A DNA stretch of 24,000 nt, taken from the NCBI GenBank assembly GCA_045648565.1, contig JAZROF010000064.1, positions 8,969 through 32,968 on the forward strand. The letters are read 5' to 3'. The notes under the pieces were generated by a model. It saw only the letters and a list, made by a program, of their open reading frames with translations. It searched no databases and had not been told where the DNA came from. Both the position numbers and the translations under genes were made by a program. Positions 1 to 6,351 of the stretch are shown piece by piece. Position 1 is the first letter of the stretch. Each line of letters opens with the position of its first letter. The DNA is from Clostridia bacterium. Lineage in GTDB: Bacteria; Bacillota; Clostridia; Monoglobales; Monoglobaceae.

Positions 1-137
1 GCCTCAATTATATGCATTTCGCGAACGGAAATGTCAGACCGTCCAATGCTTCTAAGGCTCTGGTCCTCCCAAGCGAGAATTTCATTAAAAGCCGTAACAA
101 AAAATTCATTAAGCTGTTCTTTTTGATTAGGTTTCAA
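1..137 (-). CDS. MarR-family (FabT-like) transcriptional regulator, N-terminal part; the gene continues beyond the window
   Basis: Minus-strand translation reads (L/M)KPNQKEQLNEFFVTAFNEILAWEDQSLRSIGRSDISVREMHIIEA. The pattern FN-IL--E--SL ... D-S-+EMH-IE is typical of the N-terminus of MarR/FabT-type regulators. The proposed TTG start at 135-137 is preceded by GGGGG about 8 nt upstream. Too short to appear in the ORF track, and the start codon is uncertain. Confidence 0.45.
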   Translation of the reverse strand, partial: MKPNQKEQLNEFFVTAFNEILAWEDQSLRSIGRSDISVREMHIIE

Positions 138-165
138 ATCATTCGCCCCCAATACTTTTATATTC

Positions 166-190
166 AAATAGTTTGAACTTAAAACTATTT
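166..190. promoter_or_regulatory. Perfect 9-bp inverted repeat AAATAGTTT-N7-AAACTATTT, candidate operator for the adjacent MarR-like regulator
   Basis: The repeat was read directly from the sequence. Its right arm overlaps the -10 (187-192) and the predicted start region of the minus-strand promoter that drives the MarR-like gene. Confidence 0.35.
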
Positions 191-215
191 TATCATACTG
201 AAAATATGATGTCAA
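187..215 (-). promoter_or_regulatory. sigma-A type promoter for the MarR-like gene
   Basis: On the minus strand: TTGACA (210-215), a 17-nt spacer, then TGaTAAAAT with the -10 at 187-192. Confidence 0.5.
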
Positions 216-247
216 GAAAATTTTGTAAAATATGTTTTGTATTTCAA

Positions 248-276
248 TTGACAAGGAAAAAATAGAGTGATAAAAT
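248..276 (+). promoter_or_regulatory. sigma-A type promoter for the rubredoxin gene
   Basis: TTGACA at 248-253, a 17-nt spacer, an extended -10 TGaTAAAAT with TAAAAT at 271-276, and the RBS AAAGGAGAG at about 297-305. Confidence 0.6.
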
Positions 277-310
277 ATAAATATATATTTATAATAAAGG
301 AGAGATAAAA

Positions 311-466
311 ATGAAAAAATATGTTTGCCCTTGCGGTTATGTTTACGACCCTGAAATTGGGGAACCGGATAGCGGAATTGCTCCGGGAACACCCTGGGAA
401 GAAGTTAGTGAAGACTTTGTTTGCCCTGTTTGCGGACTTGATAAAAGTGCTTTTGAAGAAGAATAA
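311..466 (+). CDS. Rubredoxin (51 aa), with an atypical CxC first cysteine pair
   Basis: Translation: [51 protein letters not shown]. It is collinear with clostridial rubredoxins (YxCxxCGYxYDP...GxxPGTxF/W...WxCPxCG). Strong RBS. Absent from the ORF track because it is under 60 aa; the track's 321..503 ORF is the wrong frame. Confidence 0.9.
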   Translation: MKKYVCPCGYVYDPEIGEPDSGIAPGTPWEEVSEDFVCPVCGLDKSAFEEE

Positions 467-470
467 AAAT

Positions 471-533
471 AAAAGGTGTGGAAACGGCGGTACTTCTCCC
501 TAAGAAGTACCGCCGAAATCCACACCTTTTTTG
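471..533. terminator. Bidirectional rho-independent terminator
   Basis: Two-tier hairpin. The outer stem pairs AAAAGGTGTGGA (471-482) with TCCACACCTTTT (519-530). The inner stem pairs CGGCGGTACTTC (485-496) with GAAGTACCGCCG (504-515). An A-tract lies upstream and a T-tract downstream, and it sits between convergent genes. Confidence 0.85.
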
Positions 534-668
534 TTACATAATGTCCTGTATCATTCGTTTTGCACATTTGCATCTTTTTTTCATTTTTTTCATATAAGCA
601 GGGTCTGTCATCATAATTGCTCCTGCCGCAAGAGAAGCACCTGCAATAACGCCTACTATAAATCGCAT
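534..668 (-). CDS. Small membrane protein (44 aa), hypothetical
   Basis: Translation: MRFIVGVIAGASLAAGAIMMTDPAYMKKMKKRCKCAKRMIQDIM. AAGGAGG lies 7 nt upstream of the ATG. The start is 15 nt downstream of the PRC-barrel gene stop, and the stop codon abuts the terminator. It has a hydrophobic N-terminus and a basic C-terminus. Below the ORF-track size cutoff. Confidence 0.6.
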   Translation of the reverse strand: MRFIVGVIAGASLAAGAIMMTDPAYMKKMKKRCKCAKRMIQDIM

Positions 669-683
669 TTTTTTTGCCTCCTT

Positions 684-1118
684 TTAGTTTTTTACATCTA
701 TATTTTTTCCGTTTATGTTTATTTTATTTATATCTAAATAGGTGGTTTTTTTAAAAATATTTTCAGAAAATAAAAATCCTTCAATTTCCCCCGTTTCAAA
801 GTCAAAAACCATATCTCTCCCAATGCCGATTTTTTGTCTGTTCTTAAGAAAATCGCATCGGGAGATGTTTTTCTTAAAGGTTATGCCATCGTATTGCGGA
901 TGGGAAACCTCGCTGACAAAGATTTTTCCTTTCTTATATGTTGTGATGGAGGATGGGCAAATCCAGTTGCGGAGCGGAACGATACTGTTGCTTGACATAT
1001 AATAGCCTTTTATAGTGCCACTATCTGAAAATGCCACATCTGAAACTTTACCCAAATAAGTTTTTGTTTTATTGTCATAAACTTTTGTGTTTATAAATTT
1101 TCTTGCATTTTTTATCAT
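684..1118 (-). CDS. PRC-barrel domain protein (YlmC/YmxH-like, apparently two tandem barrels)
   Basis: 144-aa ORF. Segments such as GKVSDVAFSDSGTIKGYY and GIGRDMVFDFETGEIEGFLF resemble the PRC-barrel/YlmC sporulation-protein signature. An RBS (AAAGAAAGGAAAA) lies upstream. Confidence 0.65.
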   Translation of the reverse strand: MIKNARKFINTKVYDNKTKTYLGKVSDVAFSDSGTIKGYYMSSNSIVPLRNWICPSSITTYKKGKIFVSEVSHPQYDGITFKKNISRCDFLKNRQKIGIGRDMVFDFETGEIEGFLFSENIFKKTTYLDINKININGKNIDVKN

Positions 1119-1174
1119 TGGTTTTCCTTTCTTTAAACAAATTTACTAAAAATCGTCTAAATGTTATATATTCC

Positions 1175-1203
1175 TTGACTATTTTTGAGTTTTGGTGTAT
1201 TAT
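1175..1203 (+). promoter_or_regulatory. sigma-A type promoter for the DUF1015-hom-thrB-lysC operon
   Basis: TTGACT at 1175-1180, a 17-nt spacer, and TATTAT at 1198-1203. Confidence 0.5.
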
Positions 1204-1237
1204 GATAGGAGCAGAATTATTTTCAGGAGGTAAGTTT

Positions 1238-2545
1238 ATGGCAAATGTAATACCTTTCAAAGGGCTTCGGTACAATACTGAAATGTTTAAAAATCTTAAC
1301 GATGTTACCGCCCCTCCTTACGATATAATTTCAAATGAGGAGCAATCTGCTCTTTATGAAAAAAGTGAGTATAATATTGTCAGGGTTGACTATGGTAAAA
1401 CCTATGATACTGACGATGAAAATAATAATAAATACACCCGTTCAGGAGAAATGTTTGCTGATTGGATAGAAAAGGGCATTCTTAAAAAGGATGAAAAGCC
1501 TTCCTTTTATATATACGAACAGGTTTTTGAGTATAACGAAGCACCAATTTCTCTAAAGGGAATAATCTCTTTAGTTGAGATTGAGGAGTTTGACAAGAAA
1601 ATCGTTCTTCCTCACGAAAATACACTCTCTAAGGCAAAGACTGACAGGTTTGATTTAATGAGCACAACTAATGCAAATTTAAGCCAGATTTATTCTCTTT
1701 ATCTTGATGAGGATAAGGCTGCTCAAAAGCTTATTTCACAGTATTCAAAAGGTAAGCCTGATATTTCTTTTGTTACAGATGATAATATAACCCAGAATGT
1801 GTGGATTATTTCCGACACTGAAAAAACTGCAGAAATTACCAATGTCTTTAAGGATAAGCAATTGTTTATTGCAGACGGTCATCACAGATACGAAACTGCT
1901 TTAAACTTCCGTAATAAAAAGCGTCAGGAAAATCCGGGAGTAGAAAATGCACCATATGATTATGTTATGATGATGCTCACTTCAATGGGTGATAGCGGTC
2001 TTTTGGTATTTCCGACACACAGGATGATTAAAGATCTTCCTGAGTTTGATGAAAATATGCTCACAGGGTGTTTAACAGAGGACTTTACAGTGTCTAAAAT
2101 TTATTTTACCGAGGGCAATTATGAAGAAATTATAATGGATAAAATTTCTTCTGTATTAAACGAAAAATGCTTTGCTCTTTATACCGGCAAAGATTATTAT
2201 TACCGTTTTGAGCTTAAAAATACCGACGTAATAAACGATTATATAACTGATATGTCTTCAGCATATAAAAATCTTGATGTAACGCTTCTTCACACCCTTG
2301 TTTTAGAGAGGTTTTTGGAAATTGACCAAAATAATATGGCAAACCAGAAAAATCTTTTCTACACAAGAGATGCAAAAGAAGCAATTGAGGCGGTTAAGAA
2401 TGGTGAGTATCAATGCTCGTTCTTAATAAATGCAACAAGCGTTGCTGAAATTAAAGAGGTTTCACTGGCAAATGAGAAAATGCCTCAAAAATCAACATAT
2501 TTCTGGCCGAAATTGGTTACGGGAATTGTTATTAACAAGTTTTAA
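1238..2545 (+). CDS. DUF1015 family protein
   Basis: Start chosen at the ATG at 1238 (MANVIPFKGLRYN...), with GGAGG 7 nt upstream. The track's upstream extension from 1103 overlaps the divergent gene. The motifs IPFKGLRYN, PPYD, ADGHHRYETA and FPTHR are characteristic of DUF1015. Confidence 0.85.
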   Translation: MANVIPFKGLRYNTEMFKNLNDVTAPPYDIISNEEQSALYEKSEYNIVRVDYGKTYDTDDENNNKYTRSGEMFADWIEKGILKKDEKPSFYIYEQVFEYNEAPISLKGIISLVEIEEFDKKIVLPHENTLSKAKTDRFDLMSTTNANLSQIYSLYLDEDKAAQKLISQYSKGKPDISFVTDDNITQNVWIISDTEKTAEITNVFKDKQLFIADGHHRYETALNFRNKKRQENPGVENAPYDYVMMMLTSMGDSGLLVFPTHRMIKDLPEFDENMLTGCLTEDFTVSKIYFTEGNYEEIIMDKISSVLNEKCFALYTGKDYYYRFELKNTDVINDYITDMSSAYKNLDVTLLHTLVLERFLEIDQNNMANQKNLFYTRDAKEAIEAVKNGEYQCSFLINATSVAEIKEVSLANEKMPQKSTYFWPKLVTGIVINKF

Positions 2546-2570
2546 GCCTTGAGAAAGGAAGGATACACTT

Positions 2571-3770
2571 ATGAAAATTGCAATTATGGGTTTTGGTGTT
2601 GTTGGAAGCGGAGTTGGAGAGCTTCTTATAACCAACGCTAAAAACATTGCAAAAAAAGCAGGGGATACTATAGAAGTTAAGTATATTCTTGACCTTCGTG
2701 ATTTTCCTGACAGTCCTTATAACTGTTTTATTAAGGATTTTAATGAAATTTTAAATGACCCTGAGATTGAGGCTGTTGTTGAAGCGATGGGCGGAACTGT
2801 TCCCGCTTATGAGTTTACGAAAAAGCTTCTTCTTTCCGGTAAACACGTTGTTTCTTCAAATAAGGAGCTTGTTGCAAAGCACGGGACAGAGCTTTTGCAA
2901 ATCGCCAAAGAAAAAAGTATAAATTATCTCTTTGAGGCAAGTGTTGGGGGCGGTATTCCGATTATAAGACCTCTTATTTCAAGCCTTACGGGAAATGACA
3001 TAACGGGTATTGTCGGTATCTTAAACGGAACTACAAACTATATCTTAACCCAGATGATTAAAAACGGAAAGTCATTTGCCGAGGCACTTTCTGAGGCTCA
3101 GGAAAAGGGTTATGCCGAAAAAGACCCAACAGCAGATGTTGAGGGGATTGACACTTGCCGAAAGATTGCGATTTTAGCATCACTCGCTTACGGCAAGAAT
3201 GTAAATTGCGAAAAAATACCAACAGAGGGAATAACAAAGATTACAACGGAGGACGCAAGTTATGCTCAGGCAATGGGTTACAGCGTTAAGCTTGTTGGAC
3301 AGTGTGTTAAGGTAAAGAAAGGCGTTTTCGCCCGTGTTTGCCCGGCATTTATTGATTTAGACAGCCCTCTTGCAAATATTTCCGATGTATTTAACGGAAT
3401 TTTGGTTCAGGGTGAGTCTTTGGGAGATGTTATGTTCTACGGAAGAGGGGCAGGAAAGCTTCCTACTGCAAGTGCGATGGTTTCTGACCTCGTTGATGTT
3501 GCAAAGCACAGAAACACAAATATCCGAATTTTATGGAATGAGGCGGACGAGGATTATTTAAAAGATGGCAGTCAGCAAAAGTATGCTTATTACTTAAGAT
3601 TATCAGGAGACGCTGACGGATTTGATGAATATAAGGTTAAAAAGCTTGACGGTCTCACAAATGAATTTGCAGTTATAACAAAACCTTTAAGCGAAGAAGA
3701 ATTGTCAGTGGCTTTAGAATCAGCTCCTTTTAAAGGACATGAGGTTTTAGGAAAAATAAGGGTGATATAA
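2571..3770 (+). CDS. hom: Homoserine dehydrogenase
   Basis: N-terminal Rossmann motif MKIAIMGFGVVGSGV, central motifs FEASVGGGIPII and NGTTNYIL, and a C-terminal ACT-like tail. Confidence 0.95.
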   Translation: MKIAIMGFGVVGSGVGELLITNAKNIAKKAGDTIEVKYILDLRDFPDSPYNCFIKDFNEILNDPEIEAVVEAMGGTVPAYEFTKKLLLSGKHVVSSNKELVAKHGTELLQIAKEKSINYLFEASVGGGIPIIRPLISSLTGNDITGIVGILNGTTNYILTQMIKNGKSFAEALSEAQEKGYAEKDPTADVEGIDTCRKIAILASLAYGKNVNCEKIPTEGITKITTEDASYAQAMGYSVKLVGQCVKVKKGVFARVCPAFIDLDSPLANISDVFNGILVQGESLGDVMFYGRGAGKLPTASAMVSDLVDVAKHRNTNIRILWNEADEDYLKDGSQQKYAYYLRLSGDADGFDEYKVKKLDGLTNEFAVITKPLSEEELSVALESAPFKGHEVLGKIRVI

Positions 3771-4673
3771 ATGATTAAGGTGAGAGTTCCCGCAACAAGT
3801 GCAAATATGGGAGCAGGTTTTGATAGCCTTGGTATTGCTCTTACTATGTATAATTATGTTTCTATTGAAAAAATAAGCGGACCTACTGAAATAAAGGTAA
3901 TCGGCGAGGGTGAGAGTTTTCTTCCAACAAATGAAAATAATCTTATTTATAAATGCGTAGAGAAGATTTTCAAAGAGGCTGGCGAGAAGATGGTAAACAT
4001 TCGGCTTGTTATGGAGAATAATATTCCGATAACAAGAGGCCTTGGAAGTAGCAGTGCAAGTATAGTTGGCGGTCTTTTTGCCGCAAATGCCCTGCTTCAA
4101 GAACCCTTTAGCAAAGAGGAACTTCTCAATATGGCGGCAGAAATTGAGGGGCACGGAGATAATGTTACACCTGCGGTTTTTGGCGGGTTTTGCGTTAATG
4201 TTCCGTCGAAAAACAAGATAAATTATATTAAAGCCCCTGTTAAAGATGATTTGGAGTTCGCCACTTTTATTCCTGACTTTTTCTTGCAAACGAAAAAGTC
4301 AAGGGCAGCACTTCCTGAAAAAGTGCTTCACCGTGATGCAGTATTTAACGTGGGAAGAAGTGCTCTCCTTACAGCGAGTATTATTTCAGGAAAGTATGAA
4401 AATATCAGGACTTCTATGGGGGACAGACTTCATCAGGATTATAGAAAGAAGTTTATTCCCGGTATGGGAGAAATATTTGACCTATGTTATAACAATAAAG
4501 CCCTTGGGGTTTACCTAAGTGGCGCAGGTCCAACCATTATAGGAATTTTAAATGGCAGGTCTTCTGCCTTTGTTGAAAAGGTTGAGCCTACATTAAATAA
4601 AAAAATGAAAAATTGGCATCTTAGTATTCTTAAAGCGGATAATGAGGGTGCTGTTATATTAGGAGGTTTTTAA
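3771..4673 (+). CDS. thrB: Homoserine kinase
   Basis: VPATSANMGAGFDSLG and the GHMP-kinase motif PITRGLGSSSA. The start codon directly abuts the hom stop. Confidence 0.95.
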   Translation: MIKVRVPATSANMGAGFDSLGIALTMYNYVSIEKISGPTEIKVIGEGESFLPTNENNLIYKCVEKIFKEAGEKMVNIRLVMENNIPITRGLGSSSASIVGGLFAANALLQEPFSKEELLNMAAEIEGHGDNVTPAVFGGFCVNVPSKNKINYIKAPVKDDLEFATFIPDFFLQTKKSRAALPEKVLHRDAVFNVGRSALLTASIISGKYENIRTSMGDRLHQDYRKKFIPGMGEIFDLCYNNKALGVYLSGAGPTIIGILNGRSSAFVEKVEPTLNKKMKNWHLSILKADNEGAVILGGF

Positions 4674-5882
4674 ATGTCCATTGTTGTTCAGAAATTTGGC
4701 GGCAGCTCAGTTGCAGATGCGGCAAAGGTTTTAAATGTTGCATCAAGAGTTGTTGAGACTTACAAAGAGGGAAATGATGTGGTGGTTGTTGTTAGTGCCC
4801 AGGGCGATACAACAGACGACTTAATCGATAAGGCGAAAGAGATAAATCCAAACGCCTCAAAGCGTGAAATGGATATGCTCCTGTCCAGCGGTGAGCAGAT
4901 TTCAATAGCTCTTCTTGCTATGGCTATTGAAAAGCTTGGATGCCCTGTAATTTCTCTTACAGGCTGGCAGGCAGGGTTTAGAACAAACTCAAATTATTCT
5001 AACGCCCGTATCGATAAAATTGACACTGAAAGACTTATGTCAGAGCTTGACAAGAAGAAAATCGTTATCGTGGCAGGTTTCCAGGGCATTAACCGTTATG
5101 AAGATATAACAACCTTCGGCCGAGGCGGAAGCGACACATCTGCCGTTGCAATAGCATCTGCAATCCACGCAGACAAATGCGAGATTTACACTGATGTTGA
5201 CGGGGTTTATACAGCAGACCCCCGTATAGTAAAGAATGCTCAGAAGCTTGATGAAATTACTTATGATGAAATGCTTGAGCTTGCAAGTCTCGGTGCTAAT
5301 GTGCTTCACAATCGCTCAGTTGAAATGGCTAAAAAATATAATACCCGTCTGGAAGTTAAGTCAAGTTTTGAAAAGATAGACGGAACAGTTGTCAAGGAGG
5401 TTATTAAAATGGAAAAAATGTTAATAAGAGGCGTTGCCCGTGATAATGATGTTGCAAGTATTTCAATAGTTGGTGTTCCTGATACACCTGGGATTGCGTT
5501 TAAGGTATTCTCTCATCTTTCAAAGAAAGGCATCAATGTTGATGTTATTTTGCAGTCAATCGGCAGAGAAAACAAGAAAGATATTTCTTTCACAGTTCAA
5601 AAGGCTCATCTTGATGAAGCAATCGCTACATTAGAGGCTGAAAAGGAAAATCTCGACTTTGAGACAATCAAACACAGAGAAGATCTTTCCAAGGTTTCAA
5701 TAGTTGGTGCAGGTATGACTTCAAATCCTGGCGTTGCAGCTAAAATGTTTGAAGCTCTTTATAATGCGGGAATCAATATCCATATGATTTCAACATCTGA
5801 AATTAAAGTTTCAGTTTTAATCAATGTTGAAAAAGCGGAAAGAGCCGTTCAGGTTGTTCACGAAGCTTTCTTCGGCGCATAA
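4674..5882 (+). CDS. lysC: Aspartate kinase (LysC / AK-II type, two C-terminal ACT domains)
   Basis: VQKFGGSSV, KREMDMLLSSGEQIS, GRGGSDTSA and SIVGAGMTSNPGVAAKMF...STSEIKVS. It is collinear with Bacillus LysC. The start abuts the thrB stop. Confidence 0.95.
   Translation: MSIVVQKFGGSSVADAAKVLNVASRVVETYKEGNDVVVVVSAQGDTTDDLIDKAKEINPNASKREMDMLLSSGEQISIALLAMAIEKLGCPVISLTGWQAGFRTNSNYSNARIDKIDTERLMSELDKKKIVIVAGFQGINRYEDITTFGRGGSDTSAVAIASAIHADKCEIYTDVDGVYTADPRIVKNAQKLDEITYDEMLELASLGANVLHNRSVEMAKKYNTRLEVKSSFEKIDGTVVKEVIKMEKMLIRGVARDNDVASISIVGVPDTPGIAFKVFSHLSKKGINVDVILQSIGRENKKDISFTVQKAHLDEAIATLEAEKENLDFETIKHREDLSKVSIVGAGMTSNPGVAAKMFEALYNAGINIHMISTSEIKVSVLINVEKAERAVQVVHEAFFGA
5409..5882 (+). CDS. lysC: Candidate in-frame internal translation product of lysC (ACT-domain beta subunit, 157 aa)
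   Basis: AAGGAGG at 5394-5400 sits 8 nt upstream of the in-frame ATG at 5409 (codon 246), exactly at the kinase/ACT boundary. Nested alpha/beta expression is established for Bacillus subtilis AK-II and Corynebacterium LysC. Confidence 0.45.
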   Translation: MEKMLIRGVARDNDVASISIVGVPDTPGIAFKVFSHLSKKGINVDVILQSIGRENKKDISFTVQKAHLDEAIATLEAEKENLDFETIKHREDLSKVSIVGAGMTSNPGVAAKMFEALYNAGINIHMISTSEIKVSVLINVEKAERAVQVVHEAFFGA

Positions 5883-5889
5883 GAAGTGT

Positions 5890-5921
5890 AAGCCTCCTTC
5901 TCGCAAAAGGAGGCTTTTTTT
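5890..5921 (+). terminator. Rho-independent terminator after lysC
   Basis: AGCCTCCTT (5891-5899) pairs with AAGGAGGCT (5907-5915), followed by a T7 tract. Confidence 0.85.
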
Positions 5922-5957
5922 ACCTTAAAAAAAGTTCGAAAAAAATCGCAAAATCCC

Positions 5958-5986
5958 TTGACATTACGGGGAAGCTGTGATAAAAT
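5958..5986 (+). promoter_or_regulatory. sigma-A type promoter for the 85-aa ORF
   Basis: TTGACA at 5958-5963, a 17-nt spacer, and TGaTAAAAT with TAAAAT at 5981-5986. Confidence 0.6.
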
Positions 5987-6014
5987 GAAATAAGATTTTT
6001 TTAGGAGGCGAAAA

Positions 6015-6272
6015 ATGATGTTTTTTGGAAGAAAGCATTCTTCAAATTCATCTAAAGATGCAAATAGCTTTGCACCTTGTTTTCGCAGTGCAAAAAAATC
6101 TTCTAAAGTTGCTAATACTTCAGGCATTGTTTTTTCAATGTCTGTTTTTTTATGTATAGCTCTATGCCTAATTATAGCTCTATGCCTAATTGATATTATA
6201 GGAATAGCTTTACTAAGCATTATAATTCTTGGGCTAAGTACGAAAAAGCAAACGGCAGGAAATACTTTTTAA
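6015..6272 (+). CDS. Small membrane protein (85 aa), hypothetical
   Basis: AGGAGG at 6003-6008 lies 6 nt upstream of the ATG. The gene has its own promoter and its own terminator. The N-terminal half is basic and Ser-rich, and the C-terminal half is Ile/Leu-rich and hydrophobic (VFLCIALCLIIALCLIDIIGIALLSIIILGL). I recognise no family. Confidence 0.6.
   Translation: MMFFGRKHSSNSSKDANSFAPCFRSAKKSSKVANTSGIVFSMSVFLCIALCLIIALCLIDIIGIALLSIIILGLSTKKQTAGNTF
6156..6191 (+). repeat. Perfect tandem duplication of the 18-bp unit ATAGCTCTATGCCTAATT (x2), in frame (IALCLI-IALCLI)
   Basis: Read directly: 6156-6173 is identical to 6174-6191. Confidence 0.95.
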
Positions 6273-6291
6273 AGTTAATTGACTTAAAGGT

Positions 6292-6325
6292 TGCGGTTTT
6301 GCTTTTTCGGCAAAACCGCATTTTA
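6292..6325 (+). terminator. Rho-independent terminator (possible attenuator ahead of the long operon)
   Basis: TGCGGTTTTGC (6292-6302) pairs with GCAAAACCGCA (6310-6320), with a 7-nt loop, followed by TTTTATGTTATTT. Confidence 0.75.
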
Positions 6326-6351
6326 TGTTATTTAAATGGCAGGAGGCTAAT

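Noticed and set aside
206-262. Tiny ORF MMSRKFCKICFVFQLTRKK in the MarR/rubredoxin intergenic region
   Set aside because: It has no RBS and spans two promoter elements.
1103-1237. N-terminal extensions in the ORF track (also 6325-6351, 7140-7148, 14951-14995, 18916-18975)
   Set aside because: In each case an internal ATG with a well-spaced GGAGG-type RBS matches the usual N-terminus of the family. The extension overlaps a neighbouring gene, terminator or promoter.
3747-4289. 180-aa minus-strand ORF
   Set aside because: It is antisense to thrB, whose product is clearly homoserine kinase. There is no RBS and the composition is not protein-like.
5858-6220. 120-aa minus-strand ORF spanning the lysC terminator and the small-ORF promoter
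   Set aside because: It runs through a terminator and a promoter and has no RBS. The + strand ORF at 6015-6272 has far better expression signals.
5987-6325. T-box or other riboswitch leader ahead of the branched-chain operon
   Set aside because: I found no AGGGUGGNACCGCG-type T-box sequence and no specifier-loop architecture. The region is instead an 85-codon open frame with a perfect RBS, which is unlikely by chance in AT-rich DNA.
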